Below the pieces are notes generated by a model. It was not told the origin of the DNA. It made no database searches and saw nothing but the letters and a program-made list of their open reading frames with translations. Below are positions 10,757 to 21,339 of a DNA stretch of 60,510 bases, one piece after another. How positions within the stretch are numbered: position 1 is the stretch's first letter; every line of letters starts with the position of its first letter. The position numbers were made by a program, and so were the translations under genes. This DNA is from an uncultured Candidatus Saccharibacteria bacterium. Lineage in GTDB: Bacteria; Patescibacteriota; Minisyncoccia; Phycocordibacterales; SBAW01. Location of the stretch: assembly GCA_964457915.1 (NCBI GenBank), contig CAYWFM010000002.1:1-60510 (forward strand), in the 5' to 3' direction.

Positions 10757-10794
10757 AAAGAAATCCCCAGACTGAGCTGGGGATTTCTTTTTTT
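10757..10794 (+). terminator. rho-independent terminator after pilin 2
   Basis: Hairpin AAAGAAATCCCCAG-ACTGAG-CTGGGGATTTCTTT followed by a T-run. The stem sequence is related to the pilin-1 terminator. Confidence 0.8.
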
Positions 10795-10813
10795 GGGAGT
10801 ATACTAACGCTAT

Positions 10814-11401
10814 ATGAAAACGTTTACAAAGGGCTTCACCCTTATCGAACTCTTGGTGGTTATCGCCATCATCGGTATTTTGGCCTCCATCGTGCTGGTA
10901 AGTTTAAACCAAGCGCGAAGTCGTGCTCGAGATGCAAACCGCATGGCGTCTCTTGAGCAAATGGGTCGGTTTATCGCAATAAACGACTCTGATCCGTTCA
11001 GTAGTTTTTGGACTGCTGCGGGCGATCCTGCTGCGCTGCCAGGGTGTGCGACTGAATATTGCAGTATCTCTGATGTTGTTGAAGGTCCTATGTCGATAGG
11101 CCGAGATGCGACCACCTCAATTGCTACTAATTTTCAGCTGTTTATTGATCCAACCGCAGGAACCTCCTCGCCAGCGTGCCTTGGTGCAACTGGCGGCCCT
11201 GCCGACCCTCCAGGTACGGTGTGTGGCTATTCTATGTCTCGTATAGACAATGAAAACCCAACAGGTAGCGCTACAGGTAATCCCGACTCTCAACACTATC
11301 AAATTTGCGCAATGCTCGAGGGTAGCATTGGTGGCTATGGCGCGGGGTTGGTGCATGTTGGTTCTGATACCGGCGGCTCAGTGCAGCCTGGATGCAACTA
11401 A
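10814..11401 (+). CDS. type IV pilin, paralog 3
   Basis: Signal MKTFTKG|[24 protein letters not shown]. It shares 73 identical nt with the pilin 1/2 N-terminal coding region and has the C-terminus [13 protein letters not shown]. Confidence 0.9.
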   Translation: MKTFTKGFTLIELLVVIAIIGILASIVLVSLNQARSRARDANRMASLEQMGRFIAINDSDPFSSFWTAAGDPAALPGCATEYCSISDVVEGPMSIGRDATTSIATNFQLFIDPTAGTSSPACLGATGGPADPPGTVCGYSMSRIDNENPTGSATGNPDSQHYQICAMLEGSIGGYGAGLVHVGSDTGGSVQPGCN

Positions 11402-11409
11402 CGATATCT

Positions 11410-11952
11410 ATGCGCGCTAGGCTGCAGAGAGGGTTTACGCTCATAGAGTTGCTCACCACCATAGCGGTGATAGGTGTTTTAGCCTCTATAATTATGGTCT
11501 CTCTAGTAACCGCTAGGGCAAAAGGGCGTGACGCGCAGCGCATAACAGATTTGAAGAATATTGAGATAGCGCTCAGCTCGTATCGTCTTGAGAAAGGGTT
11601 TTATCCATCAACCCTTGATCCAACGATAAAGTGGTTTAGTAATTGTCCTATTGCGGGCGCGTGGGGGAAGGGGGATTTGCCTAACACGGGTGACACTGGG
11701 TGGATACCGGGACTTGCGCCAACCTTCATGCAGCAACTACCAAACGACCCAACTCCTAAGACCGATCGGTGTTATATGTACGTGTCTGATGGCAAGAACT
11801 ATATGCTGCTAGCTCATCAGACGGTAGAGACTTATACCGAAGCAACCAACCCATACCCCCGCCCACTAAGTCTGACAGGTACCACCTGCTTGGTAAGATT
11901 CTCCTATGAAAATACATTCGCGCTGTATACGCCGGGCGCACGCTGTTGGTGA
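11410..11952 (+). CDS. type IV pilin-like protein, paralog 4
   Basis: Signal MRARLQRG|FTLIELLTTIAVIGVLASIIMVSL. The ATG at 11410 is preferred over the ORF-track ATG at 11392, which overlaps the end of pilin 3. Confidence 0.8.
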   Translation: MRARLQRGFTLIELLTTIAVIGVLASIIMVSLVTARAKGRDAQRITDLKNIEIALSSYRLEKGFYPSTLDPTIKWFSNCPIAGAWGKGDLPNTGDTGWIPGLAPTFMQQLPNDPTPKTDRCYMYVSDGKNYMLLAHQTVETYTEATNPYPRPLSLTGTTCLVRFSYENTFALYTPGARCW

Positions 11953-11964
11953 TATAGTAAGGCT

Positions 11965-12540
11965 ATGAGTATTCGCTCTTATTTGAGTAGAGGTGTGTGG
12001 GGGAAGGGATTCACGTTGGTGGAGCTTCTTACCGTTATTGCTATTATCGGCATCCTTTCCTCGATTGTGATGGTCTCGCTCCTCACGGCACGTCAAAAGG
12101 GTAGAGATGTTAAACGCATTGCTGATGTTAAGCAGATTCAGCTTGCCCTTGAACAGTACTATAACGAAAACCTTTCATATCCAAACGGCCTGAGTAATTT
12201 ACAACCTACATTCATGCCCGTTGTGCCCAAAGATCCACTAACTGGCAGTGACTACATATATGTGGCGGCAAACGCCTTGGGTACAACAAACTGCACGAGC
12301 AATAAGGGTATTATGTATCACCTAGGTGCAGTGATGGAGATACAGGGCACGCTGGGAGCTGGCAACTACCAGCAGGTACCTGGGCGCTACAATAGTTGGC
12401 AGGCTAATGTGTGTGGCGCTACGGGTAACGATTTTAACGGAGCATCGATTGGCTGTACCACGACCTATGATGCGGCAAACCAAAACAAAAATGCAGCGGT
12501 GGGTACCGCGACGACGTGCTACGACGTGATTAATCAGTAG
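11965..12540 (+). CDS. type IV pilin-like protein, paralog 5
   Basis: Leader ...GVWGKG|[24 protein letters not shown], 191 aa. Confidence 0.85.
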   Translation: MSIRSYLSRGVWGKGFTLVELLTVIAIIGILSSIVMVSLLTARQKGRDVKRIADVKQIQLALEQYYNENLSYPNGLSNLQPTFMPVVPKDPLTGSDYIYVAANALGTTNCTSNKGIMYHLGAVMEIQGTLGAGNYQQVPGRYNSWQANVCGATGNDFNGASIGCTTTYDAANQNKNAAVGTATTCYDVINQ

Positions 12541-12544
12541 CATT

Positions 12545-13321
12545 ATGACTCTACTGTATACGCTCGCAACTTTTTTGCTCGGATGTATCTTGGGCAGTTT
12601 TCTTAATGCGGCACTCTTTCGTTTTAATACGGGTAAGTCGGCGCTTAAAGGTCGCTCGCGCTGTATGCACTGTGGGCATACGCTACATGCAGTCGATCTG
12701 GTACCGGTGGTGTCATATCTGTTATTGGGTGGTCGTTGCCGCTATTGTGGTTCGCGTGTTTCGTGGCAGTACCCACTGGTTGAACTCTTAGGAGGGCTGC
12801 TCTCTGTGGCTCTTTTTGTTTTATTTTATTCCCAACCAGTGTGGTATCTTTTTTGGCTCGTAGTGTGGTTCTTGGTGCTCTTTATTGTGGTATACGATGT
12901 GCGGCACATGATTATCCCATGGTCGGCCTCGCTCCCGCTTTTGGGGTTAGCCATCGGCTTTGTGTTGGTGCAGTCTGTCCTCCCGCTACCGACTGTGAAT
13001 TGGATGATACTTACCGCTGGCCCGCTTCTCGCGTTCCCGCTCTTTTTCATATCACTTATTTCACGCGGTCGATGGATGGGGTGGGCGGACAGTCTTTTTG
13101 AACTCTCCCTGGGTTGGCTGTTGGGGCTAACGCAAGGCCTTACAGCACTCATGCTCAGTATTTGGCTTGGTGCTGCGGTGGGGATTGTTGTTCTTCTGCT
13201 CACAAAGCGGGTTACAATGAAAAGCGAGATCCCGTTCGCGCCGTTTTTGGCGCTCGGCGCGGCGCTCAGCTTCTTCTTACATGTCGATTTTTTTAGCACC
13301 CTCCCACTCCTCTTCCACTAA
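12545..13321 (+). CDS. pilD: prepilin peptidase (A24 family) PilD
   Basis: 258-aa polytopic protein with an N-terminal CxxC...CxxC domain (RCMHCGH...CRYCG), as in prepilin peptidases. Confidence 0.9.
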   Translation: MTLLYTLATFLLGCILGSFLNAALFRFNTGKSALKGRSRCMHCGHTLHAVDLVPVVSYLLLGGRCRYCGSRVSWQYPLVELLGGLLSVALFVLFYSQPVWYLFWLVVWFLVLFIVVYDVRHMIIPWSASLPLLGLAIGFVLVQSVLPLPTVNWMILTAGPLLAFPLFFISLISRGRWMGWADSLFELSLGWLLGLTQGLTALMLSIWLGAAVGIVVLLLTKRVTMKSEIPFAPFLALGAALSFFLHVDFFSTLPLLFH

Positions 13322-13904
13322 GACAGGCTTTACGCTCATCGAGTTGCTCGTGGTCTGTTTTATAATCGCTGTTCTCTTTGTGATTATTATCCAAAGTCTA
13401 ATCGCCGCACAAATTAAAACTCGTGACGCACAACGTCTCAAAGATCTCGATACGATCCAGGCTGCTGTCGAGCAGTACTATCGCGATAATGGACATTACC
13501 CCGTAACGAAGTGTTCAAATAACGCATCGGTGTGGTCAAGTTTTGATAGTCCAACGTATAAGACCACCACCATTTGTGCTGCTGCTAATGGGGCAGGAGT
13601 AAACACGCTCGGCCCAGAGCTGGCGACCTATCTGATTGATTACACAAGAATGAAAGACCCGCTTCCCCCCGCGTCGACTGATGCAGGGTATCTGTATCGC
13701 TCTGACGACGGAGCGAGTTACTGCATACTCGTATGGCGCACACCTGAAAACATGAACAATTTCCCAGCAAGCCGGTACATACACGCAGGGTCTCGCTGTG
13801 CAGGAGGAGTGAACAGTTCAGGTCAATGCACGAGCAGTTCAGGAGTCGTGGATAGTTCAAACAATCTTTTTTATGGAATTGGGACGTTCGCCGGTAGCTG
13901 TTAA
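13281..13904 (+). CDS. pilin-like protein (minor pilin candidate)
   Basis: Leader ...SSSTKTG|[17 protein letters not shown]. The ORF overlaps the pilD 3' end by 41 nt, so the exact start is uncertain. Confidence 0.7.
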   Translation: MSIFLAPSHSSSTKTGFTLIELLVVCFIIAVLFVIIIQSLIAAQIKTRDAQRLKDLDTIQAAVEQYYRDNGHYPVTKCSNNASVWSSFDSPTYKTTTICAAANGAGVNTLGPELATYLIDYTRMKDPLPPASTDAGYLYRSDDGASYCILVWRTPENMNNFPASRYIHAGSRCAGGVNSSGQCTSSSGVVDSSNNLFYGIGTFAGSC

Positions 13905-13909
13905 CTCGT

Positions 13910-14641
13910 ATGCATAGAATACACTACAAACAAACTGGTTTTACCCTCATCGAGCTTTTGGTGGTGCTCGTTATTATGACCCTCATGACGTTGGCGTTTA
14001 TCAACAGCCAGTCAAAGTTTGACTCGGGTACCATTATGCGTGGGCTTGCATACCAAGTCGCGCTCACCATTCGTCAAACGCAGGTCTACGGCACCTCTGT
14101 GATTCAAAATAGTCCGGGCGCGGCATCTTTTGGCCCTGTGTTTGGTGTTTCATTTGGGAATGGGGCAAACGACTATTTCATCTTCTCCGATCCAATAGTG
14201 CCTCCAAAAGGTGAGATGGATGCAGGAGTGGTCAGGCTAAAAACGTTCACCGTCCAAAGCAATTTCTCAATTCAGGAAGTGTGTTTGGTAAGTACTGAAA
14301 GTTCGAACAATTGGTATTGTAGTGTACGACGCGACACGGGTACTACTGACGACTCAACAACGCCAAGCAGTCGCCTTGATGTGCTCAATATCTTATTTAA
14401 ACGCCCCAACCCTGACGCACTCTTGGCCGCATACAAGAAAGATGTTGGTGGCGTCCTGCAACCTGCGACTGCAGCAAGCGGAGTATTTAAAGCTGCCTAT
14501 GTACAGCTCAAAGCTATTAATGGCGATGTGCGGGTGGTGCGCATCACCTTGACGGGCCAGGTGACAGTCTGCGGAGTTGGGAATCTTGCCGGTACCGGTG
14601 TGACCATTACTCGTCTGAAGGCAACACCAACCTTATGTTAA
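13910..14641 (+). CDS. minor pilin-like protein (GspH/FimT-like)
   Basis: Leader MHRIHYKQTG|[18 protein letters not shown], 243 aa. Confidence 0.75.
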   Translation: MHRIHYKQTGFTLIELLVVLVIMTLMTLAFINSQSKFDSGTIMRGLAYQVALTIRQTQVYGTSVIQNSPGAASFGPVFGVSFGNGANDYFIFSDPIVPPKGEMDAGVVRLKTFTVQSNFSIQEVCLVSTESSNNWYCSVRRDTGTTDDSTTPSSRLDVLNILFKRPNPDALLAAYKKDVGGVLQPATAASGVFKAAYVQLKAINGDVRVVRITLTGQVTVCGVGNLAGTGVTITRLKATPTLC

Positions 14642-15243
14642 GTATGCAAAAAGGATTTACCTTGGTTGAAATACTCGTATCGGTTGCGCTCTTTAGTCTG
14701 GTTATGGTCGTGGCTCTGGGAGCGCTGCTCACCCTCTCAACCGCGACCCGCAAGGCTACCTCGATAAATACTGCGGTCGACACACTGGGCGCCGCTGTTG
14801 AAAGTATGACACGTACCATGCGCACGGGGCTTAACTACGATTGTGGTCTCGCGAGCGTTGCTATCAGTCCTGTCCCGGTTAACTGTACTTCGTCGGGAGC
14901 AACAGCAATTGCGCTTCATGCGGTTGATGGTTCGCGGGTGTCTTATTGTCTTGGCACTGCTGCTAATGTGTGTAACTCCGCTGGCACCGTACTATTAAGA
15001 AACGTCAGTACCGGGAGCCTCGCAAACTCGTGGGTGCCGCTCACGACGCCAGAAATAAAAATTACGAATCTACGGTTCTATGTGGAGGGTACCTGTTCTG
15101 CGGGAGGGATCGGGGGGTGTGTGCCCGATACGACACAGCCGAAAATTTCCATACTCCTCTCGGGTACCTATCAGGTGACCACTAACCAAACAAGTGAATT
15201 TCATATACAAACAACCGTAACGCAGCGCTTATATGATCAATAG
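14635..15243 (+). CDS. minor pilin-like protein
   Basis: Leader MLSMQKG|FTLVEILVSVALFSLVMVVALGAL. It overlaps the upstream gene by 7 nt, consistent with translational coupling. Confidence 0.75.
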   Translation: MLSMQKGFTLVEILVSVALFSLVMVVALGALLTLSTATRKATSINTAVDTLGAAVESMTRTMRTGLNYDCGLASVAISPVPVNCTSSGATAIALHAVDGSRVSYCLGTAANVCNSAGTVLLRNVSTGSLANSWVPLTTPEIKITNLRFYVEGTCSAGGIGGCVPDTTQPKISILLSGTYQVTTNQTSEFHIQTTVTQRLYDQ

Positions 15244-15794
15244 TATGCGGACACTTCTTTCCCCAAAAGCATTCACGCTCATAGAGACGTTGGTTGCGAT
15301 ATTTATCCTCATGACGGCGGTCGTGGGGCCCCTCTCCATTGCTGCCAAAGGTCTTCAAATTGCGCTGATTGCAAAAGACCAGACAACCGCCGTGTATCTC
15401 GCGCAAGACAGTATCGAGTTTGCTCGGTATTTGCGGGACACCTCGTGCCTTACAGGTGCACCGTTGGGGAATTGCAGTGGGTCGGTGGCGTTTGACCCAT
15501 TTTTAAGTGGCGGGGTGTGCTCAGGCACAAAGGGGTGTCGCATTGATTCTATAACAAAAACGGTTACCAACTGCGCAAGTGACGGCGCCACCTGCCGCTC
15601 GCTTAATTATGACACCACGAATGGGTGGTTCACCTACGGCGCAACGAGCGCCACTATTGTGCCGACCGTGTTTACACGAATGCTACAGGTGTCGCTAGCG
15701 CCAGGTAAGGCCGATGAGCTAGAGGTGACCGCTCAAGTTTGGTGGGATGATATTGGAGGGGTAACACACACTATTACTGAACAAGAAAATTTTT

Positions 15795-15808
<14 letters not shown>
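15233..15808 (+). CDS. minor pilin-like protein (PilV-like)
   Basis: Leader ...LLSPKA|FTLIETLVAIFILMTAVVGPL, 191 aa. It overlaps its neighbours. Confidence 0.7.
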
Positions 15809-18397
<2,589 letters not shown>

Positions 18398-18403
18398 TGT
18401 ACT

Positions 18404-18715
18404 ATGGCCCATATGTTGTCGCGCGAGGAGTTAGAAAATCTTGCAAGACTGGCCCGTCTAGATCTTTCAGAGGCAGAGCTGGGAGCACTTGGTAGTGATA
18501 TATCGAGCGTTCTTGGGTATGTCGCGCAGGTGAGTGCGGTTGAATTTGATGCAACAAAACCAATAGCGCCGTTGGTGCACAACGTCATGCGTGAAGATGT
18601 TGTGCGCGATGAGCACGACCAGGTTGCGGGGACTGAGCCTGCCATTCGTGCATCGTTCCCGAAAGAAAAAAATGGCTACAACGTGGTGCGCAAAATCATT
18701 CAAAAAGATGAGTAA
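18404..18715 (+). CDS. gatC: Asp/Glu-tRNA amidotransferase subunit C
   Basis: 103 aa with a typical GatC N-terminus (LSREELENLARLARLDLSEAE). It overlaps the gatA start by 8 nt. Confidence 0.85.
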   Translation: MAHMLSREELENLARLARLDLSEAELGALGSDISSVLGYVAQVSAVEFDATKPIAPLVHNVMREDVVRDEHDQVAGTEPAIRASFPKEKNGYNVVRKIIQKDE

Positions 18716-20135
18716 GGACCTCCTTTCAATAATCGAAGCACTACAAAAGTTAGAGGCGAAAGAAATTTCTTCGCTCGATTTGGTGCGCGCGTGCAAGGTG
18801 TCTATTGATGAAAAAAACGGTTCTATGAACGCCTACCTCGAAGTGTTTGAGGATATTGAAGAACAAGCAAAGGAAGCTGATGCGCGCCGTGCCAAAGGAG
18901 AGAAAGGCGCGCTTCTCGGTATCCCACTTGCTATTAAAGATAATATCCTCATTGAAGGTCGTCGGGTTTCTGCTGCATCAAAAATTTTAGAAAACTATGT
19001 AGCAACCTACGATGCGACTGCGATAAAAAAATTAAAGGATGCCGGCGCCGTGTTTATGGGTCGCACCAACATGGACGAGTTTGCCATGGGTGGCTCGACT
19101 GAAAACTCGGCATTTGGGGTGACTCGTAACCCACACGATGAGTCGCGTGTTCCTGGAGGATCCAGCGGTGGCTCTGCAGCCGCACTTGCCGCAAACATGG
19201 CGCTGGGCGCATTTGGTACCGACACTGGTGGGTCGGTGCGCGAACCTGCAAGTTTTTGCGGTTTGGTAGGACTCAAACCAACCTACGGAGCAGTCTCGCG
19301 CTTTGGCATTATTGCTCTGGGGAGTAGTCTCGACCAGGTGGGCCCCTTTGCGCGCACAGTCGCCGATGCAGAACTTCTTTTTTCAGTGACGCGAGGGCAA
19401 GATCCACTTGATAGCACGACGATAGGTGAGTCGACGTATCAAAAAATACCAGAGACAAAACGCATCGGCGTGCCACGGGCGCTTCTGAAAGAGGGGGTCG
19501 ATGCTGATGTGCTCGCGCAGTTTGAAGAGTCACTCAAAAAACTCGAGAGCCTTGGGTATACCATCGTTGATGTTGAGATTCCATCGGCGGCACTCGCGCT
19601 TGCTATTTACTACATCATCATGCCAGCAGAAGCTTCGACTAATCTCGCGCGATTTGATGGTGTTCGCTACGGGCTCTCGCTGAAGGGTGAGAGCCTGTTT
19701 GCTGATTATGCAAAGACGCGGGGTGTGGGGCTTGGCCCAGAGCCGCGTCGCCGCAGCATGCTCGGGACCTACGTGCTCTCGGCTGGATACTATGACGCCT
19801 ACTATGGCAAGGCCACCGCAGCGCGTGCACAACTCACTCGCGAAATGGTGGCAGCGCTCAGTGGGTGTGATGCAGTCGTAACGCCAACAGCGCCGTGTCC
19901 TGCGACCAAAATAGGAGAAAAATCAGACCCGCTCTCGATGTATCTCATGGACATCTTTACCGTAACCGCAAACCTCACGGGTAACCCAGCGCTCTCGGTC
20001 CCGATGGGTACCGTCGTACGTGAAGGCACACATCTTCCGGTTGGCATCCAGTTTACCGCGCCACACGGCGACGAAGCTATTCTTTTTTCAATAGGGAAAA
20101 CGTTCGAAGCGACACAAAAACCTGCGCTACAATAA
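18708..20135 (+). CDS. gatA: Asp/Glu-tRNA amidotransferase subunit A
   Basis: Amidase signature GGSSGGSAAALA. The ATG at 18708 (MSKDLLSIIEAL...) is preferred over the ORF-track start at 18591, which lies inside gatC. Confidence 0.9.
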   Translation: MSKDLLSIIEALQKLEAKEISSLDLVRACKVSIDEKNGSMNAYLEVFEDIEEQAKEADARRAKGEKGALLGIPLAIKDNILIEGRRVSAASKILENYVATYDATAIKKLKDAGAVFMGRTNMDEFAMGGSTENSAFGVTRNPHDESRVPGGSSGGSAAALAANMALGAFGTDTGGSVREPASFCGLVGLKPTYGAVSRFGIIALGSSLDQVGPFARTVADAELLFSVTRGQDPLDSTTIGESTYQKIPETKRIGVPRALLKEGVDADVLAQFEESLKKLESLGYTIVDVEIPSAALALAIYYIIMPAEASTNLARFDGVRYGLSLKGESLFADYAKTRGVGLGPEPRRRSMLGTYVLSAGYYDAYYGKATAARAQLTREMVAALSGCDAVVTPTAPCPATKIGEKSDPLSMYLMDIFTVTANLTGNPALSVPMGTVVREGTHLPVGIQFTAPHGDEAILFSIGKTFEATQKPALQ

Positions 20136-20140
20136 AGTGC

Positions 20141-20716
20141 ATGATGCCGAGCATCAATATTGAATATGTGGTCGTGCGCCTGCTCGACTATCTTTTTGGA
20201 GTACCCGTCGACGTGCACAGTGTCCCAAGGGTGTTTCTTTTTTTGGTTGAGACTGTCGCCACCGTGGGTATGGTGTGTGCAGTGGTACTGCTCGTGCTCT
20301 TGCTATTTGTGCGCATCAAACTCATTAATGCAGAGCATCATGGTTTTTTGGTGCGCGAAGAGAAGGAGCGTCTGAGTCGTCATCATGAACAAAAGGCGGC
20401 AAAGAATCCACGATGGGAAATGATAGCAGGGCTCGCTAACTCTACGAACGAAAGCGAGTGGCGGCGTGCGATTCTCGAGGCTGATATACTACTCGCTGCG
20501 CTGCTTGGCGAGCAGGGCATCCCGGGAGAGACGGTGGGAGAGCAATTAAAAAATGCTAACCCACTGCAATTCACCACCCTCGATCTTGCCTGGGAGGCTC
20601 ACAAGGTACGCAATGCGATAGCACACCTCGGCGAAGGCTTCCCGCTCACTGAACGCGATGTGCGCGCGACCATAGACCAGTACCGTCGCGTCTTCGAAGA
20701 ATTTAATTTTATATAA
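20141..20716 (+). CDS. membrane-anchored hypothetical protein with C-terminal R-x4-H (HEPN/DUF4145-like) motif
   Basis: 191 aa with a TM helix (VATVGMVCAVVLLVLLLFV) and the C-terminal sequence AWEAHKVRNAIAHLGEGFPLTERDV. Confidence 0.5.
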   Translation: MMPSINIEYVVVRLLDYLFGVPVDVHSVPRVFLFLVETVATVGMVCAVVLLVLLLFVRIKLINAEHHGFLVREEKERLSRHHEQKAAKNPRWEMIAGLANSTNESEWRRAILEADILLAALLGEQGIPGETVGEQLKNANPLQFTTLDLAWEAHKVRNAIAHLGEGFPLTERDVRATIDQYRRVFEEFNFI

Positions 20717-20723
20717 TCGAGGC

Positions 20724-20751
20724 TTGAATTTTTTAAAAATAAGAGTAGAAT
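20724..20751 (+). promoter_or_regulatory. sigma70-like promoter for the tRNA(CAT) pair
   Basis: TTGAAT (20724-20729), a 16-nt spacer, then TAGAAT (20746-20751), about 37 nt upstream of the first tRNA. Confidence 0.4.
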
Positions 20752-20787
20752 CTTTGCATACTACCGTAAGAAATTCTTACGTAATAT

Positions 20788-20860
20788 AGCGGGGTGGAGG
20801 AGTAGTACCTCACGAGGCTCATAACCTCGGGACCCGGGTGCAAATCCCGGCCCCGCAACA
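20788..20860 (+). tRNA. tRNA-Met (CAT), initiator-like
   Basis: Cloverleaf: acceptor AGCGGGG/CCCCGCA (1:72 A-A mismatch), D stem GAGG/CCTC, anticodon arm CGAGG-CTCATAA-CCTCG, T arm CCGGG-TGCAAAT-CCCGG. The ends (GCGGGGTGGAG...CAAATCC.GGCCCCGCAAC) closely resemble bacterial tRNA-fMet. CCA is not fully encoded. Confidence 0.8.
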
Positions 20861-20865
20861 AGAGA

Positions 20866-20899
20866 AACGAAAAGTCCCGCCTTGGCGGGACTTTTCGTT
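20866..20899 (+). terminator. 15-bp hairpin after the first tRNA
   Basis: AACGAAAAGTCCCGC-CTTG-GCGGGACTTTTCGTT. Confidence 0.5.
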
Positions 20900-20935
20900 G
20901 AAAGTACGGCCTAAAAATGCTAGGGTATGGTCACA

Positions 20936-20999
20936 TCCGCCTTCGCATAAGCTTCGGCGGGACAATGTCCGCCGTGGCTCAAGCTATGGCGGGACGATG
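20936..20999 (+). repeat. two tandem 32-nt hairpin repeats abutting tRNA(CAT)-2
   Basis: TCCGCC-N14-GGCGGGAC(A/G)ATG occurs twice, at 20936-20967 and 20968-20999. The stem arms are conserved and the loops differ. Confidence 0.75.
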
Positions 21000-21072
21000 T
21001 CGGCGTAGCTCAGGTAGTTAGAGCATGGGACTCATAAACCCAAGGTCGGAGGTGCAAGTCCTCCCGCCGACA
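20999..21072 (+). tRNA. tRNA with CAT anticodon (elongator Met or lysidine-modified Ile2)
   Basis: Acceptor GTCGGCG/CGCCGAC, D arm GCTC-AGGTAGTTA-GAGC, anticodon loop CTCATAA, T arm GGAGG-TGCAAGT-CCTCC, discriminator A. No CCA is encoded. Confidence 0.85.
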
Positions 21073-21234
21073 CAAAAACGAAGTTTTTGAGCGCGAGCAA
21101 AATGCCTGCGCATTTTGCGTGGAGGACTTGCAAGGCACAGCGATGCTGAGCCAGCGGGCGAGGCCGCGAGCCGGGGCCGAGAAAATTTTGCTGCAGCAAA
21201 ATTATTCGTGGCCAAGCCTCCCGCCGACACAAAA
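21073..21234 (+). mobile_element. tRNA-3'-end-associated conserved non-coding element, copy 1 (ends in an 18-nt duplicate of the tRNA 3' end)
   Basis: Direct repeats CCTCCCGCCGACACAAAA at 21060-21077 and 21217-21234. The 78-nt core at 21139-21216 is 69/78 identical to 31230-31307. A perfect 20-nt palindrome lies at 21184-21203. Confidence 0.6.
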
Positions 21235-21339
21235 GTTGCCGCTAATGGGTATTCGTGTCTTCCTAGTATTTGCCGTTGCACAACGAGCAAAGTGCTCATA
21301 TAGTGTGGGCGTGAATTGGGCTACTAGGTAGAACTCCTC

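Noticed and set aside
18591-18707. The upstream extension of gatA given by the ORF track (start 18591).
   Set aside because: It lies inside gatC in another frame. The homologous GatA N-terminus starts at ATG 18708, with the usual short gatC/gatA overlap.
21115-21331. ORFs 21115-21303 and 21119-21331 run through the conserved element, and the two core copies translate in one frame to similar peptides (SDAEPAGEAASRGRENFAAAKLF versus SDAEPAGEAARQGREKFAAANLF) with some synonymous-looking differences.
   Set aside because: The core has no start codon or RBS context shared by both copies. The reading frame would run into the duplicated tRNA 3' end. The paired substitutions that keep a perfect palindrome are better explained by nucleic-acid structure. 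Coding potential cannot be fully excluded without more copies.
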